A stretch of DNA of 49,373 nucleotides from Armatimonadota bacterium (GTDB taxonomy: Bacteria; Armatimonadota; Chthonomonadetes; Chthonomonadales; JAMCWF01). Positions within the stretch are counted from its first letter, which is position 1. Each line of letters opens with the position of its first letter. The notes under the pieces were generated by a model. The model made no database searches. It saw nothing but the letters and a program-made list of their open reading frames with translations, and was not told the DNA's origin. This document shows, piece after piece, positions 18,238 through 27,419 of this stretch. A program made the translations under genes and the position numbers. The stretch lies in assembly GCA_023481295.1 (NCBI GenBank), contig JAMCWF010000014.1, forward strand, positions 1 to 49,373, given 5' to 3'.

Positions 18238-19430
18238 GGTCTCGGTTGTCCTTTGCTGAAGAGTTTTAACCCGTGATCGGTCAGCGCGGGTCCGATCACG
18301 GGTCCAATTGACATAGATGCCTCATATCGGTAGATATCCAGATAGTAGTCCTCCTGGGTAAGAATGTAGCCCAGCGCATCTCCGGTTAAGCCGAGCAAAA
18401 ATTTGGGGTGGGAGGGCATTTTCCTCTTTAAGAAGAGCCCTATGTTCGGCAGTACCTCACCGGGAAGCGTTAAAAAGCCGGCCGATCCCAATGTCCAGTA
18501 GACCATCTCGGTCGCTATCAATTCACTCTTGGAAAGATGATTTTCTATTATTTGGCTACGGATCAGATCGCCAAAACGTTCATTCATCAGCGGAACTTGG
18601 AATCGGCTGCGGTGGAAGGCCAGCGATGCCTCGGATAGGATTGGCTGGTCTTTGATCGCTTTCAATGCGTAGTCGGCCAGTAGGCGCCCGATCCGCTGTG
18701 CCTCGCTCCACGCTTCGCCGTGGGGGAATAGCTCGGAGTTAAAATCGGCGGTGACCATGCCGCCCAAGGCTCCATTGGTAAAAAGACAGGTGCCGCCCAG
18801 CCGGTTTTCAACTTCGGAGCGCAGCCAGTGAGGAAAATCAGAGGTGATCATCCGGTTATTTAACACTTCCGGGTGGCAAGCGTAGTTTACCAGGGTGGAA
18901 ATGGCGTTTCCACCTTCACCGATCACGTTCATTACCGTCAAGTCGCGATCCAAAATGGCTGGAACACGATCATTGCGGGATATCCCCGGCTCCACTTCGA
19001 TGCAGCCGAATTGCAGCCTTGCCGGTTGAAGACGAGAGAAGGTATCATCCACCAGGCGGCCGAGCTTATGGATTATCTCCTCAAGCCATATCTTATCTAC
19101 GCCGGAGGTGCCCAAATCCGGTCCCCATAAACCGTAGGTGTCGGGCGCGGAGTGGGTGTGCGTCGCCCCGATAAGAAGTTGAGAGGATGGGATTGGGTGG
19201 GTTGCCCTTTTAATTTTTTGTCCGAGGTGGCGCGGCACGCCCAATAAATCAGCGATTAATAGGGCGACCGTCTCCGATCCGCTCTGGATTACCAGGCAGC
19301 GGCCCCAGATCGGGTCATGGTCCCCTACGCTGAGACGATTGGGCGCATATCCGGCTAGGTAGACCGGTTTGGATGGGGTGATTTCAATTTTCCCGACCGC
19401 CGCTCTTATTGGGTGACGATGAGTGCTCAA
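18234..19430 (-). CDS. Neutral/alkaline ceramidase N-terminal-domain-like hydrolase
   Basis: 398 aa. GKIEITP..., GATHTHSAPD and NYACHPE motifs. The only available start is TTG at 19430, with no SD, directly abutting a MITE. Confidence 0.6.
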   Translation of the reverse strand: MSTHRHPIRAAVGKIEITPSKPVYLAGYAPNRLSVGDHDPIWGRCLVIQSGSETVALLIADLLGVPRHLGQKIKRATHPIPSSQLLIGATHTHSAPDTYGLWGPDLGTSGVDKIWLEEIIHKLGRLVDDTFSRLQPARLQFGCIEVEPGISRNDRVPAILDRDLTVMNVIGEGGNAISTLVNYACHPEVLNNRMITSDFPHWLRSEVENRLGGTCLFTNGALGGMVTADFNSELFPHGEAWSEAQRIGRLLADYALKAIKDQPILSEASLAFHRSRFQVPLMNERFGDLIRSQIIENHLSKSELIATEMVYWTLGSAGFLTLPGEVLPNIGLFLKRKMPSHPKFLLGLTGDALGYILTQEDYYLDIYRYEASMSIGPVIGPALTDHGLKLFSKGQPRP

Positions 19431-19543
19431 TTATTAATCCGGCGATTAAATACCGTCATGCCGGACCTGATCCGGCATCCAAAGCCTTCTGGATTCCTGC
19501 TTTCGCGGGAATGACGAATTCGCGATATTTATTTGCCGGGTTA
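19431..19543. mobile_element. MITE family C (113 bp)
   Basis: Termini ATTAATCCGGCGATTAAATA ... TATTTATTTGCCGGGTTAAT. Core GTCATGCCGGAC...TTTCGCGGGAATGAC. Second copy of the same length at 48765-48877. Confidence 0.8.
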
Positions 19544-19689
19544 ATAACAATCCATCCAATTCAAATGGGTCGTTTGAAAGAGAGACTTGGATCGTTGGCG
19601 GGCGACGCAACCCTTCAGCGCTGGGGGCCTGATTTCAGCTATGGTACCGGCACTGTATAATTCTTGGAGCACCGAGTAATCTCCTTCGG

Positions 19690-19870
19690 TAACAGTTCAG
19701 TTTTACGGGATTCATACTCGATTACACAACCCGCCCCCACCCCAACCCTCCCCCTCATAGGGGGAGGGGGAATAGATTGTCCGCGCGCGAGTTCCTTCCC
19801 CCTTCCAGGGGGAAGGCGAGGATGGGGGTGATGCTCCCGTCACCAAACAAGATTCCCGTTAAACTGAACT
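19690..19870. mobile_element. MITE family A, short variant
   Basis: Termini ACAGTTCAGTTTTACGGGA ... TCCCGTTAAACTGAACTCA. TA on both flanks. Same two GC-rich hairpin modules as 1910-2413. Confidence 0.85.
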
Positions 19871-20052
19871 CATACCTCTTTCTGAAATTAAATCTTAAAT
19901 GCAGCAACTGAGGGTATACTATTGTAACTCGATATGTATAACGGATCATGGTGTTAAAATAGAGAAAGAGTGATCGCGTTTCAATTCGACCAAAGGCATC
20001 ATAACCTGAATTCAATTGCGTTTTTCCTCTGGTATCTTTGAAGGAGGTCGGA

Positions 20053-22296
20053 ATGCCGATCGTTGAACTTCTACCCGCCCCGATTGAAAATACCCTTCAC
20101 CGATTAGCCAACAATGATGAACTCCGCATTGCCTTCCCCACCGATATCTCGATGGACGGACATTTCGGTGAGGAGTGGCTCGTTGTCTCCAATAATCGGA
20201 TATGGGTGCTCAAGCAAAACGGAAAATCGGAAGCGGATGTTCGGGAAGAGATCCAACTGAAAAGCGTCAAGGCGGCCCACGCTTCCATGCAGGTCGGCAA
20301 TGGGGTGTTGGAGGTGGAGCTGAGCGATAAGACGGTGCAGTTAGTGCGGTATTCGCACAACCTGATCGCGAAGGCGAATGCGGCCGCCCGCCAGATCAAC
20401 AAGCTTTCCAAAGATGAAGAGATTATCGACGAGGTGATCGAAGAGCGGCAGCGGTGCCCGAAGTGCAACCGCCTGCTCCCTGATTTCACCCAGGTCTGTC
20501 CGGCTTGCCTGAATAAGGGGCAGGTCATCTCGCGGCTGTTCCGATTTATGGCGCCCTACAAGCTGATTCTCCTCCTTTCAGCCGTGCTTATGATCACCTC
20601 CACCTTCACCGATCTGGTGCCGGCTTTTATCACCAAGCTCATCATCGACCGAGTGCTGACTTCGATGCATGGACACACGTTGGTGGCCGGTCACATTGAC
20701 CCATACCGTGTGCATCTACTGCTGATATTCATTCTTCTCTTAGCGTTGAGTCGAGTTTTAGGATCGGCCATTTCAATCTGGCGTAGCCGTCTCAATGCCT
20801 GGCTGGGCGGCCGGGTATTGCTCGATGTGCGCGCCAAGCTGTATGAGCGGCTGCAGTGGCTGTCGCTGGGCTATTACGATAAGCGCAACACGGGCGCGGT
20901 GATGTCCCGCATAACCAACGATACCAACAATCTGCAGGATTTTCTGGTTGACGGCATTCCGTGGGGGATCACCAATATTTTGCAGTTGTTCGGCATCGGC
21001 ATCATCTTGTTTACGATGAATTGGCGCCTTGCCGCACTGGTACTGATACCGGCGCCGTTTATCGTGGTGCTCACCCGCTGGTTTTGGCCGCGAATGCGGC
21101 GGCGATGGCACCACGTTTGGCATCGCTGGTCTAAGATGAACTCCACGCTGGCCAGCACGCTGTACGGGATGCGGGTGGTCAAGGCGTTTGCGCAGGAACG
21201 GCGGGAGATCAGCCACTTCAACTGGCGGAATCAGTCGCTGTTCGAGGCGAATTTCAGCGCCGAATCGATGTGGTCTTATTATGGTCCGATGCTCGGATTG
21301 CTGATGAGCCTGGGATCGTTGATTATCTGGTACCAAGGTGGGTTGCAGGAGCTGGCCGGTGAAATGACGCTGGGCACCTTGATGCTGTTCAATCAGTATC
21401 TGTGGCAGTTCTATGCGCCGCTGCAGGTGATGAGCCGTGCACTCGATTGGACGACCCGCTCGCTCACCGCAGCGGAAAGGGTCTTTGAGGTTTTGGACAC
21501 CGAATCGGAGGTCAAGGAGGCGGATGAGCCGGTGCCCATGCCCCGCATCGAGGGCGATATCAAGTTCAACAAAGTTGCGTTTGGATATGATAAGAGCAAG
21601 CGGGTCATCGAGGATTTTTCACTGGAAGTGAAAGCGGGTGAAATGGTGGGGCTGGTGGGTCATAGCGGTGCCGGTAAGTCCACCATCATCAACCTGCTGG
21701 CTCGTTTTTATGACGTGAACGAGGGCTCCATTGAGATTGACGGGGTTGACATACGCAAGATTCAATCGGAGGATTTGCGATCGCAGCTTGGTATCGTGCT
21801 GCAAGATCCGTTTCTATTTCCAGGCACGATCCGGGAAAATATCGCTTACGCCAAGCCAAATGCAACTCAGGAAGAGATTATGCAGGCGGCCAAGGCGGCC
21901 AACTGTCATGAGTTCATCCTAAAATTCCCCGACGGTTATGACACGTGGGTCGGTGAGCGGGGCCAGCGGCTTTCCGGCGGGGAGCGCCAGCGCATCTCCA
22001 TTGCGAGGGCGATCTTGCACAACCCGAGAATTTTAATATTGGATGAGGCAACCGCCTCGGTGGATACCGAGACGGAGCGGCAAATTCAACAGGCAATCGC
22101 CCGGTTAACCGAAAACCGAACCACCTTTGCGATCGCGCACCGACTTTCCACTCTGCGAAACGCGGACCGCCTGATTGTGATTGATAACGGCAAGCTGGTG
22201 GAGAGCGGAACCCACGATGAGCTCGTAGAAAAAGACGGCGTATATGCCAAGCTGGTTAAGATTCAAACGGAGATAAACCGGATCAAGGCGGCTTGA
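20053..22296 (+). CDS. ABC exporter (fused TMD-NBD, MsbA/type-I-exporter-like) with about 160-aa N-terminal extension containing a Cys4 zinc ribbon
   Basis: ATG at 20053 lies after AAGGAGG. CPKCN...CPAC ribbon. Six-helix TMD. Walker A GHSGAGKST, signature LSGGERQR, Walker B ILILDEATS. Confidence 0.85.
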   Translation: MPIVELLPAPIENTLHRLANNDELRIAFPTDISMDGHFGEEWLVVSNNRIWVLKQNGKSEADVREEIQLKSVKAAHASMQVGNGVLEVELSDKTVQLVRYSHNLIAKANAAARQINKLSKDEEIIDEVIEERQRCPKCNRLLPDFTQVCPACLNKGQVISRLFRFMAPYKLILLLSAVLMITSTFTDLVPAFITKLIIDRVLTSMHGHTLVAGHIDPYRVHLLLIFILLLALSRVLGSAISIWRSRLNAWLGGRVLLDVRAKLYERLQWLSLGYYDKRNTGAVMSRITNDTNNLQDFLVDGIPWGITNILQLFGIGIILFTMNWRLAALVLIPAPFIVVLTRWFWPRMRRRWHHVWHRWSKMNSTLASTLYGMRVVKAFAQERREISHFNWRNQSLFEANFSAESMWSYYGPMLGLLMSLGSLIIWYQGGLQELAGEMTLGTLMLFNQYLWQFYAPLQVMSRALDWTTRSLTAAERVFEVLDTESEVKEADEPVPMPRIEGDIKFNKVAFGYDKSKRVIEDFSLEVKAGEMVGLVGHSGAGKSTIINLLARFYDVNEGSIEIDGVDIRKIQSEDLRSQLGIVLQDPFLFPGTIRENIAYAKPNATQEEIMQAAKAANCHEFILKFPDGYDTWVGERGQRLSGGERQRISIARAILHNPRILILDEATASVDTETERQIQQAIARLTENRTTFAIAHRLSTLRNADRLIVIDNGKLVESGTHDELVEKDGVYAKLVKIQTEINRIKAA

Positions 22297-22297
22297 T

Positions 22298-23284
22298 GTG
22301 GAGCGGCGGGTCCATTTCACGGTCGGCGAAGGGGAGAAAGGAGAGAGGCAGGATGTGCTCCTTCCATCCATTACCGGATGCAGCCGGGTGCAGGCCCAAC
22401 GATCCATCGAAGCCGGCTCAATCAGCGTAAATGGCATCTTCAGAAAACCATCCTATCGGGTTTCCTGCGGTGACCGAATAACCGGCGAAATCCTGCAACC
22501 CCCTCCATTAAGTGCCCGCCCGGAGGCGATTGAAATCCCCATCATCTATGAAGATGAGCAGTTGCTGGTGGTGAACAAGCCGGCTGGCATGGTGACCCAT
22601 CCAGCACCTGGTGCAGCCAGTGGGACACTGGTGAACGCACTGCTCGATCGCATTCACATTGACGCGGGGGGCGATGCGCTGCGGCCTGGAATCGTGCATC
22701 GTTTGGACAAGAACACCTCCGGGTTGCTGGTGGTGGCGAAAACCCAATTCGCCTTCTGCTCGCTTCAGACTCAGATAAAGCGACATCAGGTGGAGCGGAG
22801 ATACCTGGCAATCGTGTGGGGTGAGCCGTCTTTTCACACCGCAACCGTTGATGCGCCGATCGGTCGAAATCCCAGCCATCCGGAACTTATGGCAATCATA
22901 ACGGATCCGACCCGTCCCCGGCGAGCCGCCGTTACTCATTTGACGGTACTCTGTTCAAACGGAATCTTTTCACTACTGGAAGCGCGGCTTGAAACCGGAC
23001 GTACCCATCAGATTCGGGTTCACCTGTCGTCCTTCTATCTGCCGGTAGTCGGAGACCCGACATACAGCGCGCCGGCTTACGAACGCCGCCAAGGAGTGGC
23101 AACGGAGGTTATGGAGCTGATTGCCGGACTGCCGGGCCAGGCGCTCCACGCCTTTCGCTTGGCTTTCACCCATCCCGAGACGGGCGAAAGGATGTATTTT
23201 TACGCCGAGCCTCCCCTTGCGATGAGCCAATTGCTGGAATCGCTGGACTTCCAATTCAGTGCCTCTTGCGCCGAAAACCCATAG
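22298..23284 (+). CDS. rluD: RluA-family 23S rRNA pseudouridine synthase (RluD-like) with N-terminal S4 domain
   Basis: 328 aa. Catalytic HRLDKNTSGLLVVAK. C-terminal GRTHQIRVH. GTG start 1 nt after the ABC stop. Confidence 0.8.
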   Translation: MERRVHFTVGEGEKGERQDVLLPSITGCSRVQAQRSIEAGSISVNGIFRKPSYRVSCGDRITGEILQPPPLSARPEAIEIPIIYEDEQLLVVNKPAGMVTHPAPGAASGTLVNALLDRIHIDAGGDALRPGIVHRLDKNTSGLLVVAKTQFAFCSLQTQIKRHQVERRYLAIVWGEPSFHTATVDAPIGRNPSHPELMAIITDPTRPRRAAVTHLTVLCSNGIFSLLEARLETGRTHQIRVHLSSFYLPVVGDPTYSAPAYERRQGVATEVMELIAGLPGQALHAFRLAFTHPETGERMYFYAEPPLAMSQLLESLDFQFSASCAENP

Positions 23285-23349
23285 CCACATTTACACCGAG
23301 CCTAAAGTGCTCGTTCATAACTGTCCCAGAAAGATTACAGAGTGAATGC

Positions 23350-26274
23350 TCAATCCAGCCAGATGCTTACATGGCAGTTTTCAGCCGCTTCAAGAAACCG
23401 CTCGGCCGCCTGATCGAGGTTGTGGCCTATGAGCGCTTCGTAGCCGCCAGCGATTTGGCTAAACCGTTCATCGTGCGAGAGGTGATTCATAAAGTGCTCG
23501 AAGGCAATTTCAAAGTTTGGCGATTGTAGAGACCAATGATGCGTGGCCCAATGAATCAACGATGTACGCCAGCGCTCAGCCGCCAAATCCGAATCGCACT
23601 TTAGCCACGCCGCAATGCCGGCATACCAGTGTTCCAAAGCCTCATTGCGATAGGGCGGGGCCGGCCGGCCGATCCCCAAATTTTTAGGATATTCAATCAA
23701 CGCTTCGAAATCGTTGATTGCGCCGGGGATATCACTACTCTTCAACCGGGATCGCCCGCGCTCCGCATGAGCCAGCAGGTAGTGCAGCCGCATTTTGCGT
23801 TCGCCCTCCCAAGGAAGGTACCGGCCTGAATTCAGCATCTCAATGGCGCGATCAAATTCACCGGCATCCACTAAAATTTCCACCATCCTGGCTCGGATTT
23901 GCCAGTGACAAAGCACTGCGTCGGACGCAAATTGAAACGCCTGCAAACGCTCGATCGGCGTGCAACCCATTTCACGCCACAAATCGTCCTGCTCCAGGTA
24001 GAGGCGATACTCGAGGGGCATCAGAGCGATCGCGTACATGATGTGTTGTGCCGCCTCATGGTATTGATTCCTCGGCTTGGGCATCGCTTCAGTCATTTCT
24101 TGATCGCCACCGGCTGGAAACTTCATATCATGCCAGTAGGCCCAAGCCAGATTTCGTGAAATGAAGGCATCGGTCGCCCCCTGATTAATCGCGATTTCCC
24201 ATTGCCTGACCGCCTCCAACGGTCGGCCCCGATTATAGGCGAGCACTCCTTTGCGATACAGCTCGCAGTAACGGTATTGGGGAGATTGATCGTGACCGGA
24301 CATATTGTCGTCATAGTTTATTGGGTCTACGTTCAACGGGAAGAGGTGGAGATCGGAATTGGCCGGAAATTGCTGAAAGAGATTACCGGTTATCCGGCTC
24401 GCCCAGTATTGTGCTTCTTGGCCGCCCCCACGCTCCGCCAACCACTGCATTAAAATCCCCGCTTCTTCAATCAACCCCAAGGCCAGATAGGTTTGCGCGA
24501 TGGAGTATAACTCAACCGGTGATCGATCCATCCGCATAATCAGCCCGGAAGTTAGGGTTTTACTGATAAGAAATCGGCGCTCTATCGCGATAAACAGCCC
24601 GTAGAGGCCTGTTTTTTCAAGGCGGTTGAGATGGTCTAATGCGCGAGCCTGATCGCCCTCGATTCGGCTGGTGACCGCGATGATCAACCGTGCGATCGGG
24701 TGGTCGGGAGTGCGCTTTAAAATCCACCCCATATCCTCCCGCGTTTCATACGGCCGCTGCGCTGGTGACGCCCTATTAATGCGCAGCGCGATTCCGTATC
24801 GGCATGAACGGATGAGCGCTTCGGCATCGTCAGGTATCCTGGGTAGCGATAGACAACGGAGGTAGCGTGCCAGATCGTTCTTATTTGAGATGCCGATCGC
24901 CTCTTCAGCAAGACGATTCATTGATTGATAATCACCTTTGCAGCCAACCAGCCATGCAAGGGTGACATAAGGGATGACTGACCGGCTTCCCTGGTCAATC
25001 GCATTGCGGCAAGCCCGTTCGGCTTGATCCAGTTGGCCTTCCTTCATCAAGCTCTTTAACCGTGCTTGAATGGTGATCGGCCGGGCCGGCGATATATCCG
25101 ATGAGGCGATCGGATTTAACAAAGGCTCGTCTGCGGGTTTTGATGAATACGATTTCCGAGTTATCACCGGCCGGTTGTTCTGGGGGGCCGATTGGACATT
25201 TCCACTTTCGCCGGTAACATGGAACTCGGTGGCCTGCACCGGTCGGCCGATACCGCTGAAGGGCAGCCAGACCTCATTCCACCTTTTTACACCGCCCGGC
25301 GGCATTAGGTGGAACGTGGACTGGTCCACCACGCTGCCGCGCTGAAGCTCCACGTAGGGACCGGCTCCATCCGTGAGCAGATCCTCCCAGATTCGGCCGT
25401 CATCCCCGACACCCCAAGTCCACAGCTTTTGGCCGGGTGACTTTCTACGGTCGGCCAGATTGAGGATTCCAAAGTCACGGTTGTGATCGTATCCGCCGAA
25501 CCAATCGTTACCGGGGTTTACCGCAAACAGGTCCGCCGCGTGATCGATGTTTTTCCAGAAGGAGATCGCCAAGCCATTGTGGTGCGGAAAGTTGAGAAGG
25601 GTGCCCGGCGGTTCCCCGGCAACCGCACCGCCGGAAGTCCTGACCTGTTTCGCGGTGCAGATAAACTCGAACCCGGGCGAGGCGGGGAATGCTGCATTGG
25701 ACCAGAACATAACTGGATAGGGATAGGGGGTGGTGTTCAGGATGGAAATGGAGGTGATGACGCGATATTCCATCGAGCGCAGCGTCATGCCGACCGCCCA
25801 CTGAATTCCGCTGTGAAGGTCGGTCGCTCCAACTTGAACCGTGATTCCGGCCGCCTTATGGGGACCGGCCGGCGCTTCCAGCACATTCCACCAAACCTTG
25901 GAGACCGTATTTACGTGATGGCCGATCGGGCAGCTCCACTCGATTCCGCCCGACAGCCAAGCGCCCCTCAACGCCACCAGACCATATCGTACAACCGGGT
26001 TGGTATACAGAAATTGGGTGCCGGTTTCCAAGTCCTGGATGGAGTGCAGCTTACCGCCCAGCTCCGGCAAAATGACCAGACGAAGCTTACCGTTTTCAAC
26101 GACGACTGTATGGTAGGAGCGGATTTCCGGTTGCTGATTGCCGAGGTCGTCCAGCATCGGGTAGGGATAGGTTGAAAAGGGCTGTTTACGACGCCATTCA
26201 GGAAAAGGGCTGGGATGCCCGATCGAGTAGGAGAGGAGTGAGATCGTTTCTTCGCGCCAGGAGAGATTCCTCAT
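23350..26274 (-). CDS. DUF5107-like domain + TPR-repeat protein
   Basis: 974 aa. The N-terminal about 370 aa resembles the DUF5107/aldose-epimerase-like module as I remember it. The C-terminal half is helical and TPR-like. Confidence 0.55.
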   Translation of the reverse strand: MRNLSWREETISLLSYSIGHPSPFPEWRRKQPFSTYPYPMLDDLGNQQPEIRSYHTVVVENGKLRLVILPELGGKLHSIQDLETGTQFLYTNPVVRYGLVALRGAWLSGGIEWSCPIGHHVNTVSKVWWNVLEAPAGPHKAAGITVQVGATDLHSGIQWAVGMTLRSMEYRVITSISILNTTPYPYPVMFWSNAAFPASPGFEFICTAKQVRTSGGAVAGEPPGTLLNFPHHNGLAISFWKNIDHAADLFAVNPGNDWFGGYDHNRDFGILNLADRRKSPGQKLWTWGVGDDGRIWEDLLTDGAGPYVELQRGSVVDQSTFHLMPPGGVKRWNEVWLPFSGIGRPVQATEFHVTGESGNVQSAPQNNRPVITRKSYSSKPADEPLLNPIASSDISPARPITIQARLKSLMKEGQLDQAERACRNAIDQGSRSVIPYVTLAWLVGCKGDYQSMNRLAEEAIGISNKNDLARYLRCLSLPRIPDDAEALIRSCRYGIALRINRASPAQRPYETREDMGWILKRTPDHPIARLIIAVTSRIEGDQARALDHLNRLEKTGLYGLFIAIERRFLISKTLTSGLIMRMDRSPVELYSIAQTYLALGLIEEAGILMQWLAERGGGQEAQYWASRITGNLFQQFPANSDLHLFPLNVDPINYDDNMSGHDQSPQYRYCELYRKGVLAYNRGRPLEAVRQWEIAINQGATDAFISRNLAWAYWHDMKFPAGGDQEMTEAMPKPRNQYHEAAQHIMYAIALMPLEYRLYLEQDDLWREMGCTPIERLQAFQFASDAVLCHWQIRARMVEILVDAGEFDRAIEMLNSGRYLPWEGERKMRLHYLLAHAERGRSRLKSSDIPGAINDFEALIEYPKNLGIGRPAPPYRNEALEHWYAGIAAWLKCDSDLAAERWRTSLIHWATHHWSLQSPNFEIAFEHFMNHLSHDERFSQIAGGYEALIGHNLDQAAERFLEAAENCHVSIWLD

Positions 26275-26278
26275 CGAT

Positions 26279-27418
26279 TCAGCGATGGGCGGCTGTATGC
26301 AGGGGCGAACCGTCCGACACTCCGTTCGGTAGGTGCTGGTATTGGGTGGTGCGGCGCGTAGGGGTGAAGCCGGCGTTGCGAATCAGCCGCTCGATCTCCT
26401 CGACCGGCATCTTAAAGGAGCAGCCCGCACTGGAAACCACGTTCTCTTCCATCATGGTGGATCCAAAATCGTCAACCCCGTACCGCAGTGCAACTTGAGC
26501 GATCTTCGGCCCCTGCGTTACCCAGGAGGCTTGAATATGGGGGATATTGTCCAAAATGAGGCGCGATACGGCGACCGTCCGCAAGTAGTCAAAGGCAGTG
26601 GCCCGCTGTCCACCCAAAACGGTGCCCTCCGGTTGAAACGACCAAGGGATGAAGGCGGTAAACCCGGCCGTCTCGTCTTGTAGGTCACGAACCTTAAAGA
26701 GATGCTCAATCCGGTCCTCGATCGTATCCACCGATCCGTACATCATAGTGACGGTGGTTCGGATTCCGGCCCGGTGGGCGACCCGCATGCAGTTCAGCCA
26801 CTCCGCAGCCGTATCCTTGTAGGGTGCAATCTCGTTGCGCACCCGATCGGTGAGTATTTCGGCCCCGCCGCCGGGTATGCTGTCCAATCCGGCCGCCTTT
26901 AATCGCCGGATGCAATCCGCCATATCCAAGCGTGAAATATGGGCGATGTAGATAATCTCGGCCGGTGAAAGCGCGTGCAAAATGACGCCGTAAGCTCCGA
27001 AGCGCTCTTTAATCGCTCGAAACAGCTCCTCATACCAATCAATTTTCAGCTTGGGATTCAGCCCGCCTTGCAGCAATATCTCGATGCCGCCCAGGTCAAC
27101 CATCTGCTGGATTTTCTCGAATATCTGATCGTTGGTGAGCACATAGCCCTCATCATGGCCGGGGACGCGGTAAAAGGCGCAAAATTTGCAGCGCACCCAA
27201 CAGACGTTGGTGTAGTTGATGTTGCGGCCTACGATGTAGGTGACCGTCGGATCTGGGTTTAATCGCCAGCGCAAAACATCGGCCAGCATTGCCAGCTCCG
27301 TTAAGTTGGGGTGATGATAAAGGCGCCAACCATCCTGCCGGTCAAGCCGCTCTCCGAAATAAACCTTATCGGCGATGTCATCAATACCGGTTGTCCGCTC
27401 GATGATTTCCGGTTTCAT
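26279..27418 (-). CDS. mqnC: Radical SAM futalosine-pathway enzyme, most like cyclic dehypoxanthinyl futalosine synthase MqnC
   Basis: 379 aa. NINYTNVCWVRCKFCAFY CX3CX2C cluster in the CofH/MqnC/MqnE scaffold. The MqnC versus MqnE assignment rests on the N-terminal pattern only. Confidence 0.65.
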   Translation of the reverse strand: MKPEIIERTTGIDDIADKVYFGERLDRQDGWRLYHHPNLTELAMLADVLRWRLNPDPTVTYIVGRNINYTNVCWVRCKFCAFYRVPGHDEGYVLTNDQIFEKIQQMVDLGGIEILLQGGLNPKLKIDWYEELFRAIKERFGAYGVILHALSPAEIIYIAHISRLDMADCIRRLKAAGLDSIPGGGAEILTDRVRNEIAPYKDTAAEWLNCMRVAHRAGIRTTVTMMYGSVDTIEDRIEHLFKVRDLQDETAGFTAFIPWSFQPEGTVLGGQRATAFDYLRTVAVSRLILDNIPHIQASWVTQGPKIAQVALRYGVDDFGSTMMEENVVSSAGCSFKMPVEEIERLIRNAGFTPTRRTTQYQHLPNGVSDGSPLHTAAHR

Positions 27419-27419
27419 T

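Noticed and set aside
23266-23529. 87-aa plus-strand ORF bridging the rluD end and the DUF5107 3' end
   Set aside because: Mostly antisense to the DUF5107 gene. No SD, no family resemblance.
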